Part shown: positions 8,553-19,484 of the stretch, in pieces
Layout: each line of letters starts with the position of its first letter
Numbering within the stretch: the first letter of the stretch is position 1
DNA from: Candidatus Poribacteria bacterium
GTDB taxonomy: Bacteria; Poribacteria; WGA-4E; WGA-3G
DNA: 64,000 bases
NCBI GenBank assembly: GCA_964291315.2
Contig: OZ219753.1
Span: 1,440,001-1,504,000 of the forward strand
Direction: 5' to 3'
Position numbers and translations under genes: made by a program
The notes under the pieces: generated by a model
The model's database searches: none
The model's input: the letters and a program-made list of their open reading frames with translations, nothing else
Told to the model about the DNA's origin: nothing

Positions 8553-9224
8553 ATGCTTACAAACGCGGCTGAGGACTACCTCAAGTCAATCTACAAGTTG
8601 CAAGAGAAGGACGGCAAGGTTTCAACGGGTATTTTGGCAGCATATCTCGATGTGAAACCCGCATCGGCTACAGGGATGATAAAAAAGTTGGAGACAATGA
8701 ACCTTGTCAGCTACGAGCGTTACCGTGGTGTCACACTGACAGATGCAGGGAAAGCGGTTGCCCTTGAGGTCATAAGGCACCACCGATTGTTGGAGCTTTA
8801 CTTGTTCAAAGCACTCGGTGTTCCGTGGGACGGTGTGCATGCAGAAGCCGAGAAACTAGAACACGTTATTTCCGAAGATATGGAGGCACGCATGGACGAA
8901 TTCCTCGGTTATCCCACTGCCGATCCGCACGGGGCACCGATCCCCGACAAAAACGGCGTTCTAGTACAAACAGAATACGTTCCGATGACCGCCTTAAAGA
9001 ACGGGCAATCTTGTGTGATTGCTGAAGTGAGTGACACCGATCCCGCCTTGCTCCGGCACTTGGGCAGTCTTAATCTTTATCCCGGCACAGCGTTTCAAGT
9101 GAAAGAAGTCGCTCCATTTGAAGGCCCTTTTACTATTAACATTGGCGGTCAACAGGCTGTTATTGGCCGTGAAGCCGCCAGGCATATTTTCGTTGATAAT
9201 GTGCAAGGTACAGATAATATGTAG
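8553..9224 (+). CDS. mntR: DtxR/MntR family metal-dependent transcriptional regulator with FeoA-like C-terminal domain
   Basis: AEDYLKSIYKL, RHHRLLELYL, HAEAEKLEH, DPHGAPIP motifs. Confidence 0.9.
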   Translation: MLTNAAEDYLKSIYKLQEKDGKVSTGILAAYLDVKPASATGMIKKLETMNLVSYERYRGVTLTDAGKAVALEVIRHHRLLELYLFKALGVPWDGVHAEAEKLEHVISEDMEARMDEFLGYPTADPHGAPIPDKNGVLVQTEYVPMTALKNGQSCVIAEVSDTDPALLRHLGSLNLYPGTAFQVKEVAPFEGPFTINIGGQQAVIGREAARHIFVDNVQGTDNM

Positions 9225-9269
9225 GCATGTTGTGAGAGCATGCTTATTCTCCATAATAGGACCCTAAAA

Positions 9270-10403
9270 ATGGAAAAAGAGACAAAACCTAATGCTCAAA
9301 CAGTCAAAGTATGGAAACAACATTTGCGAAGCGAGGTGGATGCACGTTTTCTTTACGAAGTTTTCTCCGATCTTGAACCCGACGCTGCCCGGAAAAAGAT
9401 ATTAATCGAACTTGCTGAGGTAGAAGCGCGACATGTGACGCGTTGGCGGGAATTGCTCACGAGGTATAATATAAAGATCAAAGTACAGCGACCCACGTTG
9501 AAGGCACGTTTGATGGCCTGGTATGCTCGCCGGTTTGGCAACACCTTTCCACTCTCGAGGATGCTCGGTGAAGAAGCCAACGAAGTCAAAGACTACCTAA
9601 CGCTTCATAGAAACAGCACATTGATGGACGCTAAGGAGACCGCGCTTGCCTTAGCCAAAGAATCTGCACAACACACAGAAAGTCTCCAAGAGCTTACCGG
9701 CACAAGCCACGAACCGTGGCATAGAACCGAATCCGGTGGCACACTGGGCAACATTGTTTACGGGTTTAACGACGGGTTAACAGCGAACTTCGGATTGGTT
9801 GCCGGTGTTATCGCTGCAACATCAGATATTTCCACTATTCTTGTGACAGGCCTTGTTGGAACCGTAGCAGATGCTTTGTCCATGGGGGCTTCCGGGTACC
9901 TTGCTGCCAAAAGTGAACAAGAAGTCTATGAACACGAAATTAATGTCGAAAAAGATGAGATACGTCTGATGCCGGATATTGAAGAGGACGAACTCGCACT
10001 CATTTACGAGGTACGCGGCTTACTAAAAGATCAAGCGAGACTCCTCGCGCAAGAAGTGATGAGTGACCCCGAGCGGGCATTAGAAGAGAAAATCCAATCC
10101 GAACTGAAGATAGGAGACATACACACAACGCCTTTCAAAGAAGGTTGGATTACTGGACTCGCAACTGCTATCGGCGCTTTTATCCCTGTCGTACCGTTCC
10201 TCGTTACACAAGGCATGAGTGCTATCTGGGTCTCCTTTGCACTTGCGATGGGATCTCACTTTGCTGTCGGGGCCGCGAGAAGCCTCTTCACGGGGCGCAC
10301 CTTAATTCGGAGTGGGTTTGACATGTTTGTTGTAGGACTCGGCGTTGCAGGAGTCGGCTACCTCGTTGGCGAATTTTTAGAACACTTTTTCTTCGGGAAC
10401 TAA
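9270..10403 (+). CDS. VIT1/CCC1 family metal transporter with N-terminal rubrerythrin/ferritin-like domain
   Basis: ELAEVEARH and ESAQH ExxH motifs, then IVYGFNDGLTANFGLVAGV and ALSMGASGYLAAKSE. Start 9240 or 9270. Confidence 0.85.
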   Translation: MEKETKPNAQTVKVWKQHLRSEVDARFLYEVFSDLEPDAARKKILIELAEVEARHVTRWRELLTRYNIKIKVQRPTLKARLMAWYARRFGNTFPLSRMLGEEANEVKDYLTLHRNSTLMDAKETALALAKESAQHTESLQELTGTSHEPWHRTESGGTLGNIVYGFNDGLTANFGLVAGVIAATSDISTILVTGLVGTVADALSMGASGYLAAKSEQEVYEHEINVEKDEIRLMPDIEEDELALIYEVRGLLKDQARLLAQEVMSDPERALEEKIQSELKIGDIHTTPFKEGWITGLATAIGAFIPVVPFLVTQGMSAIWVSFALAMGSHFAVGAARSLFTGRTLIRSGFDMFVVGLGVAGVGYLVGEFLEHFFFGN

Positions 10404-10407
10404 AATT

Positions 10408-11373
10408 ATGCACAAAATATACTTTGCATTCTGCCTACTGGTGCTTTTTATAGGAACAAGTTGTGACCCAAAAGGAAAACCGGATACACCGGCTGCTGGG
10501 AAATACCGCGTTGTCACAACTATAGGAATGATTACTGATATTGTTAAGAATGTTGGGGGAGATCGCATCGAAGTGATAGGGTTGATGGGGCCGGGCGTGG
10601 ATCCTCATCTCTACAAGGCAAGCGCAGGCGATGTTCAGAAACTCCATTCGGCAAGTCTCATTTTCTATAACGGGTTACACCTTGAGGGAAAAATGGGAGA
10701 CCTCCTTGCGAAAATGCCGGGAACTACCAGAACCGTTGCCGTAACAGATGCCGTTGATCGGAGCCTACTCCTAACACCCCCAGAATTTGAGGGCCAATAC
10801 GACCCCCACTTGTGGTTTGATGTAATGCTCTGGATGAAAGCAGTCGGAAAAGTTCGAGATGCTCTGAATGAACTAGATCCCGACGGGGCTTTAGCATACC
10901 GGAGTAATGCCGAACGCTACACTGCGAAGCTTGCGGAGCTCCATGAGTACGTAAAGAGACAGGCGGCACGCGTACCGTCCGAGCAACGGGTACTCGTCAC
11001 AGCACACGACGCTTTTAACTACTTCGGGAAAGCTTACGGATTCGAAGTGCGCGGCCTACAAGGAATTAGTACAGCGACAGAAGCAGGGATTGCTGATGTA
11101 CAGACGTTAGCGGCCTTCGTTGCCGAGAGACGCATCCCCGCAATCTTTGTGGAATCCTCGGTCTCTTCGAGGAGCCTTGAAGCCGTGAAAGCTGCTGTGA
11201 AATCAAAAGGGTTTGATGTGGAAATTGGCGGAGAACTTTTCTCCGATGCTATGGGAGATGAAGGAACACCTGCGGGCACCTATATTGGGATGGTACGCCA
11301 CAATATTGATACAATTGTACAGGCATTGATAGGAGAATCAAGCACACGCACTTCTTCCACAGTAGGGGATTAA
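10408..11373 (+). CDS. troA: Mn/Zn/Fe ABC transporter substrate-binding lipoprotein (TroA/MntA family)
   Basis: Lipobox IGTSC; [31 protein letters not shown]. Confidence 0.9.
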   Translation: MHKIYFAFCLLVLFIGTSCDPKGKPDTPAAGKYRVVTTIGMITDIVKNVGGDRIEVIGLMGPGVDPHLYKASAGDVQKLHSASLIFYNGLHLEGKMGDLLAKMPGTTRTVAVTDAVDRSLLLTPPEFEGQYDPHLWFDVMLWMKAVGKVRDALNELDPDGALAYRSNAERYTAKLAELHEYVKRQAARVPSEQRVLVTAHDAFNYFGKAYGFEVRGLQGISTATEAGIADVQTLAAFVAERRIPAIFVESSVSSRSLEAVKAAVKSKGFDVEIGGELFSDAMGDEGTPAGTYIGMVRHNIDTIVQALIGESSTRTSSTVGD

Positions 11374-11374
11374 A

Positions 11375-12118
11375 TTGCAAGCACTTGAAACAAAGGCCAT
11401 TGAAGTAACAGATCTGACGATTGCCTATCAGGATAAACCTGTCTTATGGGATATCGATTTTGATGTCCCGCCAGGGGTCCTGTTAGCGATCGTTGGTCCG
11501 AACGGTGCAGGTAAAACGACCTTGATCAAAGCGATCTTAGGGCTGGTCCGCCCTGCATCAGGGAACGTCCTAATTTACAACAAACCTTATGAGATGCAGC
11601 GGAGAATAGTCGGTTACGTTCCACAACGCGGCACAGTTGACTGGGATTTCCCGACAAACGTCTTGGATATCGTGATGATGGGGCGCTATGGGGCCCTCGG
11701 ATGGATACGGCGCCCCGGAAAGCCGGAGCGCGAGCTCGCTAGACACGCCTTAGCGAAAGTAGGTATGGAGGCGTATACGACTCGGCAGATAAGTCAACTC
11801 TCCGGCGGCCAACAACAGCGTGTTTTCCTGGCTCGCGCACTCGTTCAAGATGCTACGGTGTACTTGATGGATGAACCTTTTCAAGGAGTGGATGCCACAA
11901 CGGAGCGCGCAATCATAACCTTGCTTCAGGAACTCCGAGCGAGTGGAAAAACCGTCGTTGTAGTGCATCACGACCTGCAGACTGTGGAAGACTATTTCGA
12001 TTGGGTGATGTTATTAAATATTCGACGCATTGCCAGCGGTCCCGTTCCGGAGACGTTCACGTCTGACAACCTGCGTGAAACTTACGGTGGGCGTGTCGCA
12101 TTTATAAAGAATGAGTAA
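11375..12118 (+). CDS. troB: Mn/Zn ABC transporter ATP-binding protein (TroB/MntB)
   Basis: [46 protein letters not shown]. Confidence 0.92.
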   Translation: MQALETKAIEVTDLTIAYQDKPVLWDIDFDVPPGVLLAIVGPNGAGKTTLIKAILGLVRPASGNVLIYNKPYEMQRRIVGYVPQRGTVDWDFPTNVLDIVMMGRYGALGWIRRPGKPERELARHALAKVGMEAYTTRQISQLSGGQQQRVFLARALVQDATVYLMDEPFQGVDATTERAIITLLQELRASGKTVVVVHHDLQTVEDYFDWVMLLNIRRIASGPVPETFTSDNLRETYGGRVAFIKNE

Positions 12119-12192
12119 ATACAGCGGATAAATTTTGGGTAGGATCGGTTTTCAAACGAGATTCCCATACGCCTTGTCCGCTCTAATCGATT

Positions 12193-13131
12193 ATGGAAGC
12201 TTTGAACATTCTGAGCCGCTTTGATTATACACTCATGATCGTCGCCGTCGGCGCTGCACTGCTCGGGGCCGTGAGCGGCGCGCTCGGCACTTATGCGGTT
12301 CTACGCCGACAGAGTCTTCTCGGTGACGCTATCTCACACGCCGCACTGCCCGGTATCTCCCTGGCGTTTCTGCTCACAGGAAGCAAGACACCGCTGATTC
12401 TCGTACTCGGTGCAGCAATCGCAGGATGGTTGGGCACACTGCTCATTATGGCGGTTGTAAGCATGACACGTATTAAGTACGATAGCGCACTCGGTATTGT
12501 CCTTTCCACTTTTTTCGGATTTGGTCTTGTACTCCATACCCTGATTCAACGCACCGGCAATGCGAATCAAGCGGGCTTAGATACCTTTCTCTTTGGACAA
12601 GCCGCCACAATCTTAGAACGCGATGTGTTGACAATAGGGGGACTCGGTGGTGTCGCAATCACTGTTATGTTTATCTTTTGGAAAGAGTTGAAGTTGTTGG
12701 TTTTCGATGAAGGTTTCGCTGCATCGCTCGGTTTACCGACCCGCACCCTTGACGCCTTGCTCACGAGCCTCCTTGTCATAGCGATCGTTCTAGGGCTGCA
12801 AGCGGTCGGTGCAGTGTTGATGAGTGCGATGTTGGTCGCGCCTGCAGTTGCTGCACGCCAGTGGACAGACAGACTCAGTGTGATGATGCTTCTTGCTGCA
12901 TGTTTTGGCGCACTCGCTGGAGTCAGTGGAACTGTTATTAGCAGTCGAGCTGAGCGTATCCCGACCGGGCCAACCATTGTCCTATGTGCCACAGCTATCG
13001 TGGCGGTCTCAATCGCTTTTGCCTCAAACCGCGGACTTCTATGGGATTGGATACGTCAGCAACGGAATAAGCGAAACTTGAAAATGCCAACGGATGGACT
13101 ATTGAAACAACCGCAACCAGGGGACGATTAG
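12193..13131 (+). CDS. troC: Mn/Zn ABC transporter permease (TroC/MntC)
   Basis: LRRQSLLGDAISHAALPG, FLFGQAA, PTGPTIVL. Confidence 0.9.
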   Translation: MEALNILSRFDYTLMIVAVGAALLGAVSGALGTYAVLRRQSLLGDAISHAALPGISLAFLLTGSKTPLILVLGAAIAGWLGTLLIMAVVSMTRIKYDSALGIVLSTFFGFGLVLHTLIQRTGNANQAGLDTFLFGQAATILERDVLTIGGLGGVAITVMFIFWKELKLLVFDEGFAASLGLPTRTLDALLTSLLVIAIVLGLQAVGAVLMSAMLVAPAVAARQWTDRLSVMMLLAACFGALAGVSGTVISSRAERIPTGPTIVLCATAIVAVSIAFASNRGLLWDWIRQQRNKRNLKMPTDGLLKQPQPGDD

Positions 13132-13138
13132 GAAGCAG

Positions 13139-14248
13139 ATGCTACAAAGTCAACTCGAAATCCAACTCATTGCAATCGTCACTGCGGTGGCATGCGCTTT
13201 GCCCGGAGTCTACTTAGTCCTGCGACGGATGACCTTAATGAGCGATGCCATTAGTCACGCTATTCTCCCGGGGATTGTGCTTGCCTTCTTTCTCACTGAA
13301 AGCCTGTCCTCACCGCTTCTGATCCTCGCTGCTGCGGGTACTGGCGTACTGACAGTCATTTTCGTTGAATTGCTACAAGGTATAAAGCTTGTAAAAGAGG
13401 ACGCAGCAATTGGATTAACATTCCCCGCCCTTTTCAGTGTCGGGGTAATTCTGATTTCTCGCTTCGCCGGTAACGTTCATTTAGATATGGATGCCGTTCT
13501 CCTCGGGGAACTCGCTTATGCCCCGCTCAACCGATTGGAGATTTCAGGATACAATATGGGCCCCGTTTCTCTTTATGTAATGGCTGGAATCCTTGCGCTG
13601 AACCTCACCTTTATTCTGCTGTTCTACAAAGAATTGAAGCTCGCAACGTTTGACGCAAGCTTAGCGGCTACATTAGGATTTGCACCTGCCTTGATTCACT
13701 ACGGTTTGATGACTCTGGTGTCTGTTACGACCGTGGGGGCGTTTGATGCCGTCGGTTCGATATTAGTTGTCGCACTTATTGCTGGACCATCCGCTACTGC
13801 TTACCTGATGACAGACAAACTCTCACGCATGCTTATTCTCAGCGCCATCATCGGAAGTGTGAATGCTGTCAGTGGCTATTGGCTAGCGTATCTCTTTGAT
13901 GTCTCAATCGCAGGGGCGATTGCAACGATGACCCTTCTCATATTCGGATTGGTTTTTCTGATCGTTCCTAACCGCGGTCTTATTGCGATTGCGCGTAGAC
14001 ATGCACGCCAGAGATGGGAATTTGCCCAAACGATGCTGGTTATCCATCTCCTCAATCACGAAGGACTTCCCGAGGCAGAAGAGGAGTCCGCACTAGCAAA
14101 CCTTCATGAGCATCTCAGCTGGGATCCCGCATTCGCAAACCGAGTTGTGAAAATCGCTCTGCATAACCGATGTGTTACCCAGCAAGAGACACAGTTGGTT
14201 TTAACGGAACGCGGACGTTCTATAGCGAGGCAAACACTCGTGCAATAA
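13139..14248 (+). CDS. troD: Mn/Zn ABC transporter permease (TroD/MntD) with C-terminal winged-helix-like extension
   Basis: LRRMTLMSDAISHAILPG, VHLDMDAVLLGE, AFDAVGSILVV; soluble tail ending LTERGRSIA. Confidence 0.88.
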   Translation: MLQSQLEIQLIAIVTAVACALPGVYLVLRRMTLMSDAISHAILPGIVLAFFLTESLSSPLLILAAAGTGVLTVIFVELLQGIKLVKEDAAIGLTFPALFSVGVILISRFAGNVHLDMDAVLLGELAYAPLNRLEISGYNMGPVSLYVMAGILALNLTFILLFYKELKLATFDASLAATLGFAPALIHYGLMTLVSVTTVGAFDAVGSILVVALIAGPSATAYLMTDKLSRMLILSAIIGSVNAVSGYWLAYLFDVSIAGAIATMTLLIFGLVFLIVPNRGLIAIARRHARQRWEFAQTMLVIHLLNHEGLPEAEEESALANLHEHLSWDPAFANRVVKIALHNRCVTQQETQLVLTERGRSIARQTLVQ

Positions 14249-14304
14249 GTATCCGGTAAATCTTGTGTGGACAACGCAACAAGTGTACAAGAAAGGCATT
14301 TAAA

Positions 14305-16626
14305 ATGCATATAAAGAAACATAAAGTGAATCAGTATAGGTCTGTATGTTGTGCCCAGAAGGTATTTTTAGGGTGTGTTGCCCTTCTCTTTTTTGCAGGA
14401 GGGGCAAATGCCGATGAGGCAACACTCAAGAACCCAGACGGGTCATGGAAGTGGACGAATCGCCTCATCCATGAAACCAGCCCCTACCTGCTACTCCATG
14501 CCCATAATCCAGTAGATTGGTATCCATGGGGGGCTGAAGCATTCACGCGTGCGAAAAAAGATAACAAGCTAATTTTTCTTTCTGTCGGTTACTCCACTTG
14601 CTATTGGTGTCATGTCATGGAGCGTGAGGTGTTCTCGAACCCAGAAATCGCAGAAATGATGAATAGAGACTTCGTAAATATTAAAATTGATCGGGAAGAG
14701 CGTCCAGACCTCGACGAAATTTATATGACTGCAACACAATTGCTAACGCAGCGAGGCGGATGGCCCAATTCCGTTTTTCTCACGCCTGATCTGAAGCCGT
14801 TTTATGCCGGCACCTATTTCCCACCAACTGACATGCCCGGCAGACCAGGGTTTCCAACCATCCTTGAGGCTGTGCATGAAGCATGGATTACACGAAAGGC
14901 AGAAGTTATCGAATCCGCCAATCAGATTTCAGAAACCATTGAGATGGCAACGAACAAAGGCTTCATTTCACTGACCGCCAAACCGCCTAACAGATCCCTG
15001 ATTACTGGCGCATTAGATCACCTCCGAACGACTTATAGTCACCTCTACGGTGGATTTGGCAATGCGCCGAAATTTCCAAGCCCCGCGAACCTTGAACTTT
15101 TGCTGAATGAATATGAACGCAACCATGATCCGTTCTTGTTGGAAATGGCGATGCATACATTGGATATGATGGCTTACGGTGGAATGTATGACCAGATTGG
15201 AGGCGGGTTTCACCGGTATTCCGTTGACGCAAAATGGATCGTTCCGCATTTTGAGAAGATGCTTTACGACAACGCACAACTGGCAAAAGTATATCTCCGG
15301 GCTTATCGGTTAACCGAGGAAACACGCTATCGACGCATTGCTGAAGAGATTTTCGGTTTCGTTTTTCGAGAAATGACGGCACCCGAAGGTGGATTCTATT
15401 CAGCCTTGGACGCTGAGACAGATGCCGAGGAAGGGAAATATTACGTCTGGACCGCCGATGAGATTCAGAAGACTCTCACGAAAAAAGAGATGGAACGTTT
15501 CTCAAACGTTTACGGTGTAGATAAGGGCCCCAATTTTGAAGAGAAGAATGTTCTCTATGTCCCAGGAGGAGTCGCTGCTGAAGATGATCTGAGATCGGTT
15601 GCATCTGCACGGGAAAAACTCCTGACGACACGCGCACAGCGGGAATATCCGTTATTGGATACAAAGATCATTGTCAATTGGAACGGTCTGATGATAGACG
15701 CGCTCGCTTACGGGTACTATGTGCTTGGTGAGAAACGTTATCTCACCGCCGCCTCAAAAACCGCACAGTTTATTCTTAACACCTTGAGAAAACCTAACGG
15801 AGAATTGTGGCATACCTATACCGCCGGTATTGCAAAGCAGGATGCGTATCTTGATGACTACGCTTTTTTTGTCAAGGGCTTGCTAGGGCTGTATCATGCT
15901 GCAGGTGAGGAGAAATGGTTGCATTCAGCCAAGGCACTCACCGATACGATGATTCAACTTTTTTGGGATGCCAAAAATGGAGGCTTCTATTACACAAAGG
16001 CAGACGCGAAATACCTTATTGTCCGAACCAAAAAACCTTATGATTCAGCAATCCCCTCCGGCAATGCCGTCGCTGTCGAAAACCTTACGGAATTTGGAAA
16101 AGACTATCTCGATTATGCTGAAAAAACGTTGCACACCTTTGCCGAGTCTATGTCACAGGCCCCCTCGTCTTTCATGTATATGCTCTTTGCACTCAACCAA
16201 TACCTGACCTTAGAAGAAAGGGCCACCTCCGGGGCAGCACCGATCGTGGATGTGACTGCTCAAGTTAAATCGCTAAAAGGTGAAATACTAAATGTAGAAC
16301 TCCTTCTCAACATCGATGCCGGTTGGCATATTAACGCCAATCCAGCAGGTCAAGAGCACTTGATACCGACAACCCTGGCAGTGGATACAGATAGCCCCGT
16401 AGAAATTCTTGATATAACGTATCCTATAGGTAGGACTGCGCGTTTTGGATTTAACGATCAAGTCTTGAAGGTTTATGAAGGCATCCTGATGATTAGACTA
16501 AAACTGAAGCTGAATTCAAATTACAAGAAGAACACTCCACTTACTCTGCAACTCACCTACCAGCCTTGTAATGAGACGGAGTGTTTATTACCACAAACCT
16601 TAGACGTTCCATTGGACGTACCCTAA
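14305..16626 (+). CDS. YyaL/SSP411 family thioredoxin-domain protein with C-terminal DsbD-N-like domain
   Basis: [44 protein letters not shown]; C-terminal [11 protein letters not shown]...[12 protein letters not shown]. Start uncertain; signal-peptide-like stretch ending ANA. Confidence 0.88.
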   Translation: MHIKKHKVNQYRSVCCAQKVFLGCVALLFFAGGANADEATLKNPDGSWKWTNRLIHETSPYLLLHAHNPVDWYPWGAEAFTRAKKDNKLIFLSVGYSTCYWCHVMEREVFSNPEIAEMMNRDFVNIKIDREERPDLDEIYMTATQLLTQRGGWPNSVFLTPDLKPFYAGTYFPPTDMPGRPGFPTILEAVHEAWITRKAEVIESANQISETIEMATNKGFISLTAKPPNRSLITGALDHLRTTYSHLYGGFGNAPKFPSPANLELLLNEYERNHDPFLLEMAMHTLDMMAYGGMYDQIGGGFHRYSVDAKWIVPHFEKMLYDNAQLAKVYLRAYRLTEETRYRRIAEEIFGFVFREMTAPEGGFYSALDAETDAEEGKYYVWTADEIQKTLTKKEMERFSNVYGVDKGPNFEEKNVLYVPGGVAAEDDLRSVASAREKLLTTRAQREYPLLDTKIIVNWNGLMIDALAYGYYVLGEKRYLTAASKTAQFILNTLRKPNGELWHTYTAGIAKQDAYLDDYAFFVKGLLGLYHAAGEEKWLHSAKALTDTMIQLFWDAKNGGFYYTKADAKYLIVRTKKPYDSAIPSGNAVAVENLTEFGKDYLDYAEKTLHTFAESMSQAPSSFMYMLFALNQYLTLEERATSGAAPIVDVTAQVKSLKGEILNVELLLNIDAGWHINANPAGQEHLIPTTLAVDTDSPVEILDITYPIGRTARFGFNDQVLKVYEGILMIRLKLKLNSNYKKNTPLTLQLTYQPCNETECLLPQTLDVPLDVP

Positions 16627-16780
16627 TTTGCACGCGAATAGCCGTATCGGTTTTCTTAAGTAAATTGTTTTGACGATTAGCCGTTTGTCTAATGTACTGA
16701 AAGCTACACCAATCTTTGCAGCCCAGTGTGGCTGAAGCCATAGGTCTCTTTCCGAAAAAATCTGGTGTATTTTGTAATCT

Positions 16781-17692
16781 ATGCGATCAACGAATCAAAC
16801 TCTTACTGTGGTTGAAGACCTTAAGGTGGGACATGCTACCAATACAATTGCCCGGACCGGGTGTACTGTTATCCTCTGCCCAACGGGGGCAACAGCGGGG
16901 GTTGATGTGCGCGGGGGTGCCCCCGGCACACGCGAGACAGAAGCACTCCGCTCCGGGCGCTTGGTCACAAAAGCACATGCCGTGTTACTCACAGGTGGAA
17001 GCGCCTTCGGCCTAGACGCTGCAGGCGGGGTCGTTCAATATCTTGAAGAACGGCACATTGGGTTTTCTGCTGGCACTCTCCGTATTCCGATCGTTCCAGC
17101 AGCTGTTATCTTTGATTTAGGGGTCGGTGACGCAGCTATCCGTCCAGATCGAGAAATGGGCTATCAAGCGTGTCTGAATGCTACCGATGCCCCCGTCGAA
17201 ATGGGCCCCGTCGGTGCGGGAACAGGAGCCACAGTCGGTAAAGCTCCGGGGGTTATATCTTCTGTCGGCGGGGTCGGTTCAGCGTGCATTCGTTTCGATT
17301 CGGACCTGATCGTCGCTGCTCTTATGGTTGTGAATGCCCTTGGAAACGTTGTGTATCCCGGAAACGGTGAAATTGCCGCCGGCGGAAAAGAAGACGGCAA
17401 TTTCGTGGACATTACCGAACGGATTTTAGATGCCAATCTAGTCCCTGGAACAAACACAACTATCGGAGTCGTTGCAACCAACGCCACACTCGCACCTGCA
17501 GAAGTGAATCGGGTTGCAGAGATGGCACACGATGGCCTAGCGCGTGCGATTCGTCCAGCACATACTATGTTTGATGGCGATACGCTTTTTGCTCTTGCCA
17601 CAGGATCACATGCTGGAACCGGTGTGAATACCGTCGGTATGCTCGCTGCGGAAGTCGTAGCAACAGCAATCGTTAACGCAGTGACCGTCTAA
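16781..17692 (+). CDS. Peptidase S58 / DmpA (P1) family protein
   Basis: GVDVRGGAPGTRET, LTGGSAFGL, GAGTGATVGK, NTTIGVVATN, HTMFDGDTLF. Confidence 0.92.
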   Translation: MRSTNQTLTVVEDLKVGHATNTIARTGCTVILCPTGATAGVDVRGGAPGTRETEALRSGRLVTKAHAVLLTGGSAFGLDAAGGVVQYLEERHIGFSAGTLRIPIVPAAVIFDLGVGDAAIRPDREMGYQACLNATDAPVEMGPVGAGTGATVGKAPGVISSVGGVGSACIRFDSDLIVAALMVVNALGNVVYPGNGEIAAGGKEDGNFVDITERILDANLVPGTNTTIGVVATNATLAPAEVNRVAEMAHDGLARAIRPAHTMFDGDTLFALATGSHAGTGVNTVGMLAAEVVATAIVNAVTV

Positions 17693-18020
17693 ATGGATAT
17701 TCCTTGCACGGTTTCTACACTCTCAATACCGAATGCATTTGGAACTGCCGGGGGCAATGCTTTACAAACGCTATGAACCCGCCTATTTCCCCTCTCCGCA
17801 AGGTTACAAGCTTCGGGCCGGGGGCGTTCTTGTACAGATAGATGCCGCTATGTCCGACACCTCCAACTGGACGCGAAAAGAAATTACCGAAGTAGAGGAT
17901 GATATCCGGCGGAATATTTCACATTCCCGATAAACTGCTTCAGGTTTGAATACACGGGTGTTGATCTTATGTCCTGCTGCCTGATTTAATAAGGCCCGGT
18001 TTCTGCATCGGTAAAACGTC

Positions 18021-19379
18021 CTATGCCCAACGTGGATTTCTTCCACCAAACCGTTGTTCGCTAATATTCCACAGCTCTGATAAACCGAGGTGTCGAATAT
18101 GTTCTAAACCCGGGAGACACGGGTCGTTGATGCGGTTTAACCATTGCTGGAGTTCAGCCTCTAGGTCTGCCCGGAGGGCCCGTGAATCTTCGGCATCAAT
18201 GAGGTTGTTCAGTTGGTACGGGTCGTTGTCGTTATCGTAAAGGAGCCACCCCGTTCCGTCGTAATGACGTGCATAGGTGTAGCGGTGCGTTCGGACACCG
18301 CGCCACTCACGAATCCCGAAGTTAAAACCTTCGCTGCCATGCAACGGAACTCCCAACAGAACAGAGTCTGGTTCGTCAATTGTCCTGCCGAGCATCGCGT
18401 TCGAAAGATCAATACCTTCCACACCCTCTGGAATCGGCAGATTGCACAGAGACAAAATTGACGGCATAAAGTCAACGAGACTGAGCAAAGTGTCCCGGGT
18501 AACCCCCGCTGGGATTTTACGAGGCCAACGAATCATAAAAGGAATACGAACGGATTCGTCCCAGGGCCGTTCTTTTCTCACATGCCCCTGGCTGCCGAGC
18601 ATATCCCCATGGTCAGATGTGTAGATGAGAATTGTATCCTCAGCAATGCCGAGTTTATCCAAGGCACTCATCAGATGTCCAAGGTTTTCATCGAGCGCGG
18701 TGATGTGTGCATAGTAGCCTGAAATATCTTCGCGTGTTGCCGAGGTGTCTACCGCATTTGGACGCAAGTGAATATCTTCCGGGGGATACATCGCTTTGTA
18801 GCGATCCGGAACATGGGTATAAGGATTGTGTGGCGGGCCCCAACTCATATAGAGACAGAAGGGTTCATCAACGTGGTCTCGGCAGTATTCAATCGCTTTG
18901 TCTGTCTGGAAATCTGGTTCGTAGCCATCAATTTGCAGCCGATCTCCTTCAGAATTGTGGTACGAGGCGTTGAAGTAGTCGTGATGACAGTTCCAGCCCA
19001 TCCAATCGTTAAACCCGAACCGCTTTTCAGGCGCAATAAATTTATCCCTCGGCATACCACCAAGATGCCATTTACCGATATAGCCGGTGGCATAGCCTGC
19101 GTCTCTGAAGATCTCAGCGATGCCGGTCTCTGTCAAAGGAAGCGGTAGATCATTAGAGACAGCTTTGTGGCTCAAGGGGTGTTTGCCTGTCATCAGACAC
19201 CCTCGCGCTGGAACACACAACGGAATATTGGTGAACGTGTTAGGGAAGAACATGCCCTGACGTGCAAGTCTATTCATAGCAGGGGTCTGCACTTGCGGGT
19301 TTCCTGCACATCCCATATCGCATTGACGATGCTGGTCTCCAAAAACAAAAATTAAATTGGGCTTACGAGTCTTTTTCAT
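18021..19379 (-). CDS. Sulfatase (Cys-type formylglycine motif)
   Basis: PNLIFVFGDQHR, CVPARGCLMTG (CxPxR), GYIGKWHLG, YTSDHGDMLG. Confidence 0.92.
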   Translation of the reverse strand: MKKTRKPNLIFVFGDQHRQCDMGCAGNPQVQTPAMNRLARQGMFFPNTFTNIPLCVPARGCLMTGKHPLSHKAVSNDLPLPLTETGIAEIFRDAGYATGYIGKWHLGGMPRDKFIAPEKRFGFNDWMGWNCHHDYFNASYHNSEGDRLQIDGYEPDFQTDKAIEYCRDHVDEPFCLYMSWGPPHNPYTHVPDRYKAMYPPEDIHLRPNAVDTSATREDISGYYAHITALDENLGHLMSALDKLGIAEDTILIYTSDHGDMLGSQGHVRKERPWDESVRIPFMIRWPRKIPAGVTRDTLLSLVDFMPSILSLCNLPIPEGVEGIDLSNAMLGRTIDEPDSVLLGVPLHGSEGFNFGIREWRGVRTHRYTYARHYDGTGWLLYDNDNDPYQLNNLIDAEDSRALRADLEAELQQWLNRINDPCLPGLEHIRHLGLSELWNISEQRFGGRNPRWA

Positions 19380-19484
19380 ATTTTTAACTATTAAATTTGG
19401 TTCCCGTTCCACTACGTTTTGCGACGTATTCGCCGCTAAGTGAGATGCTTCACGGTGATTTTCAGTTGCCGCATGAGAACTGTC

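Noticed and set aside
17700-18015. Short ORFs between the peptidase and sulfatase
   Set aside because: No recognisable motif or RBS in either direction; possibly decayed sequence, but I cannot support a call.
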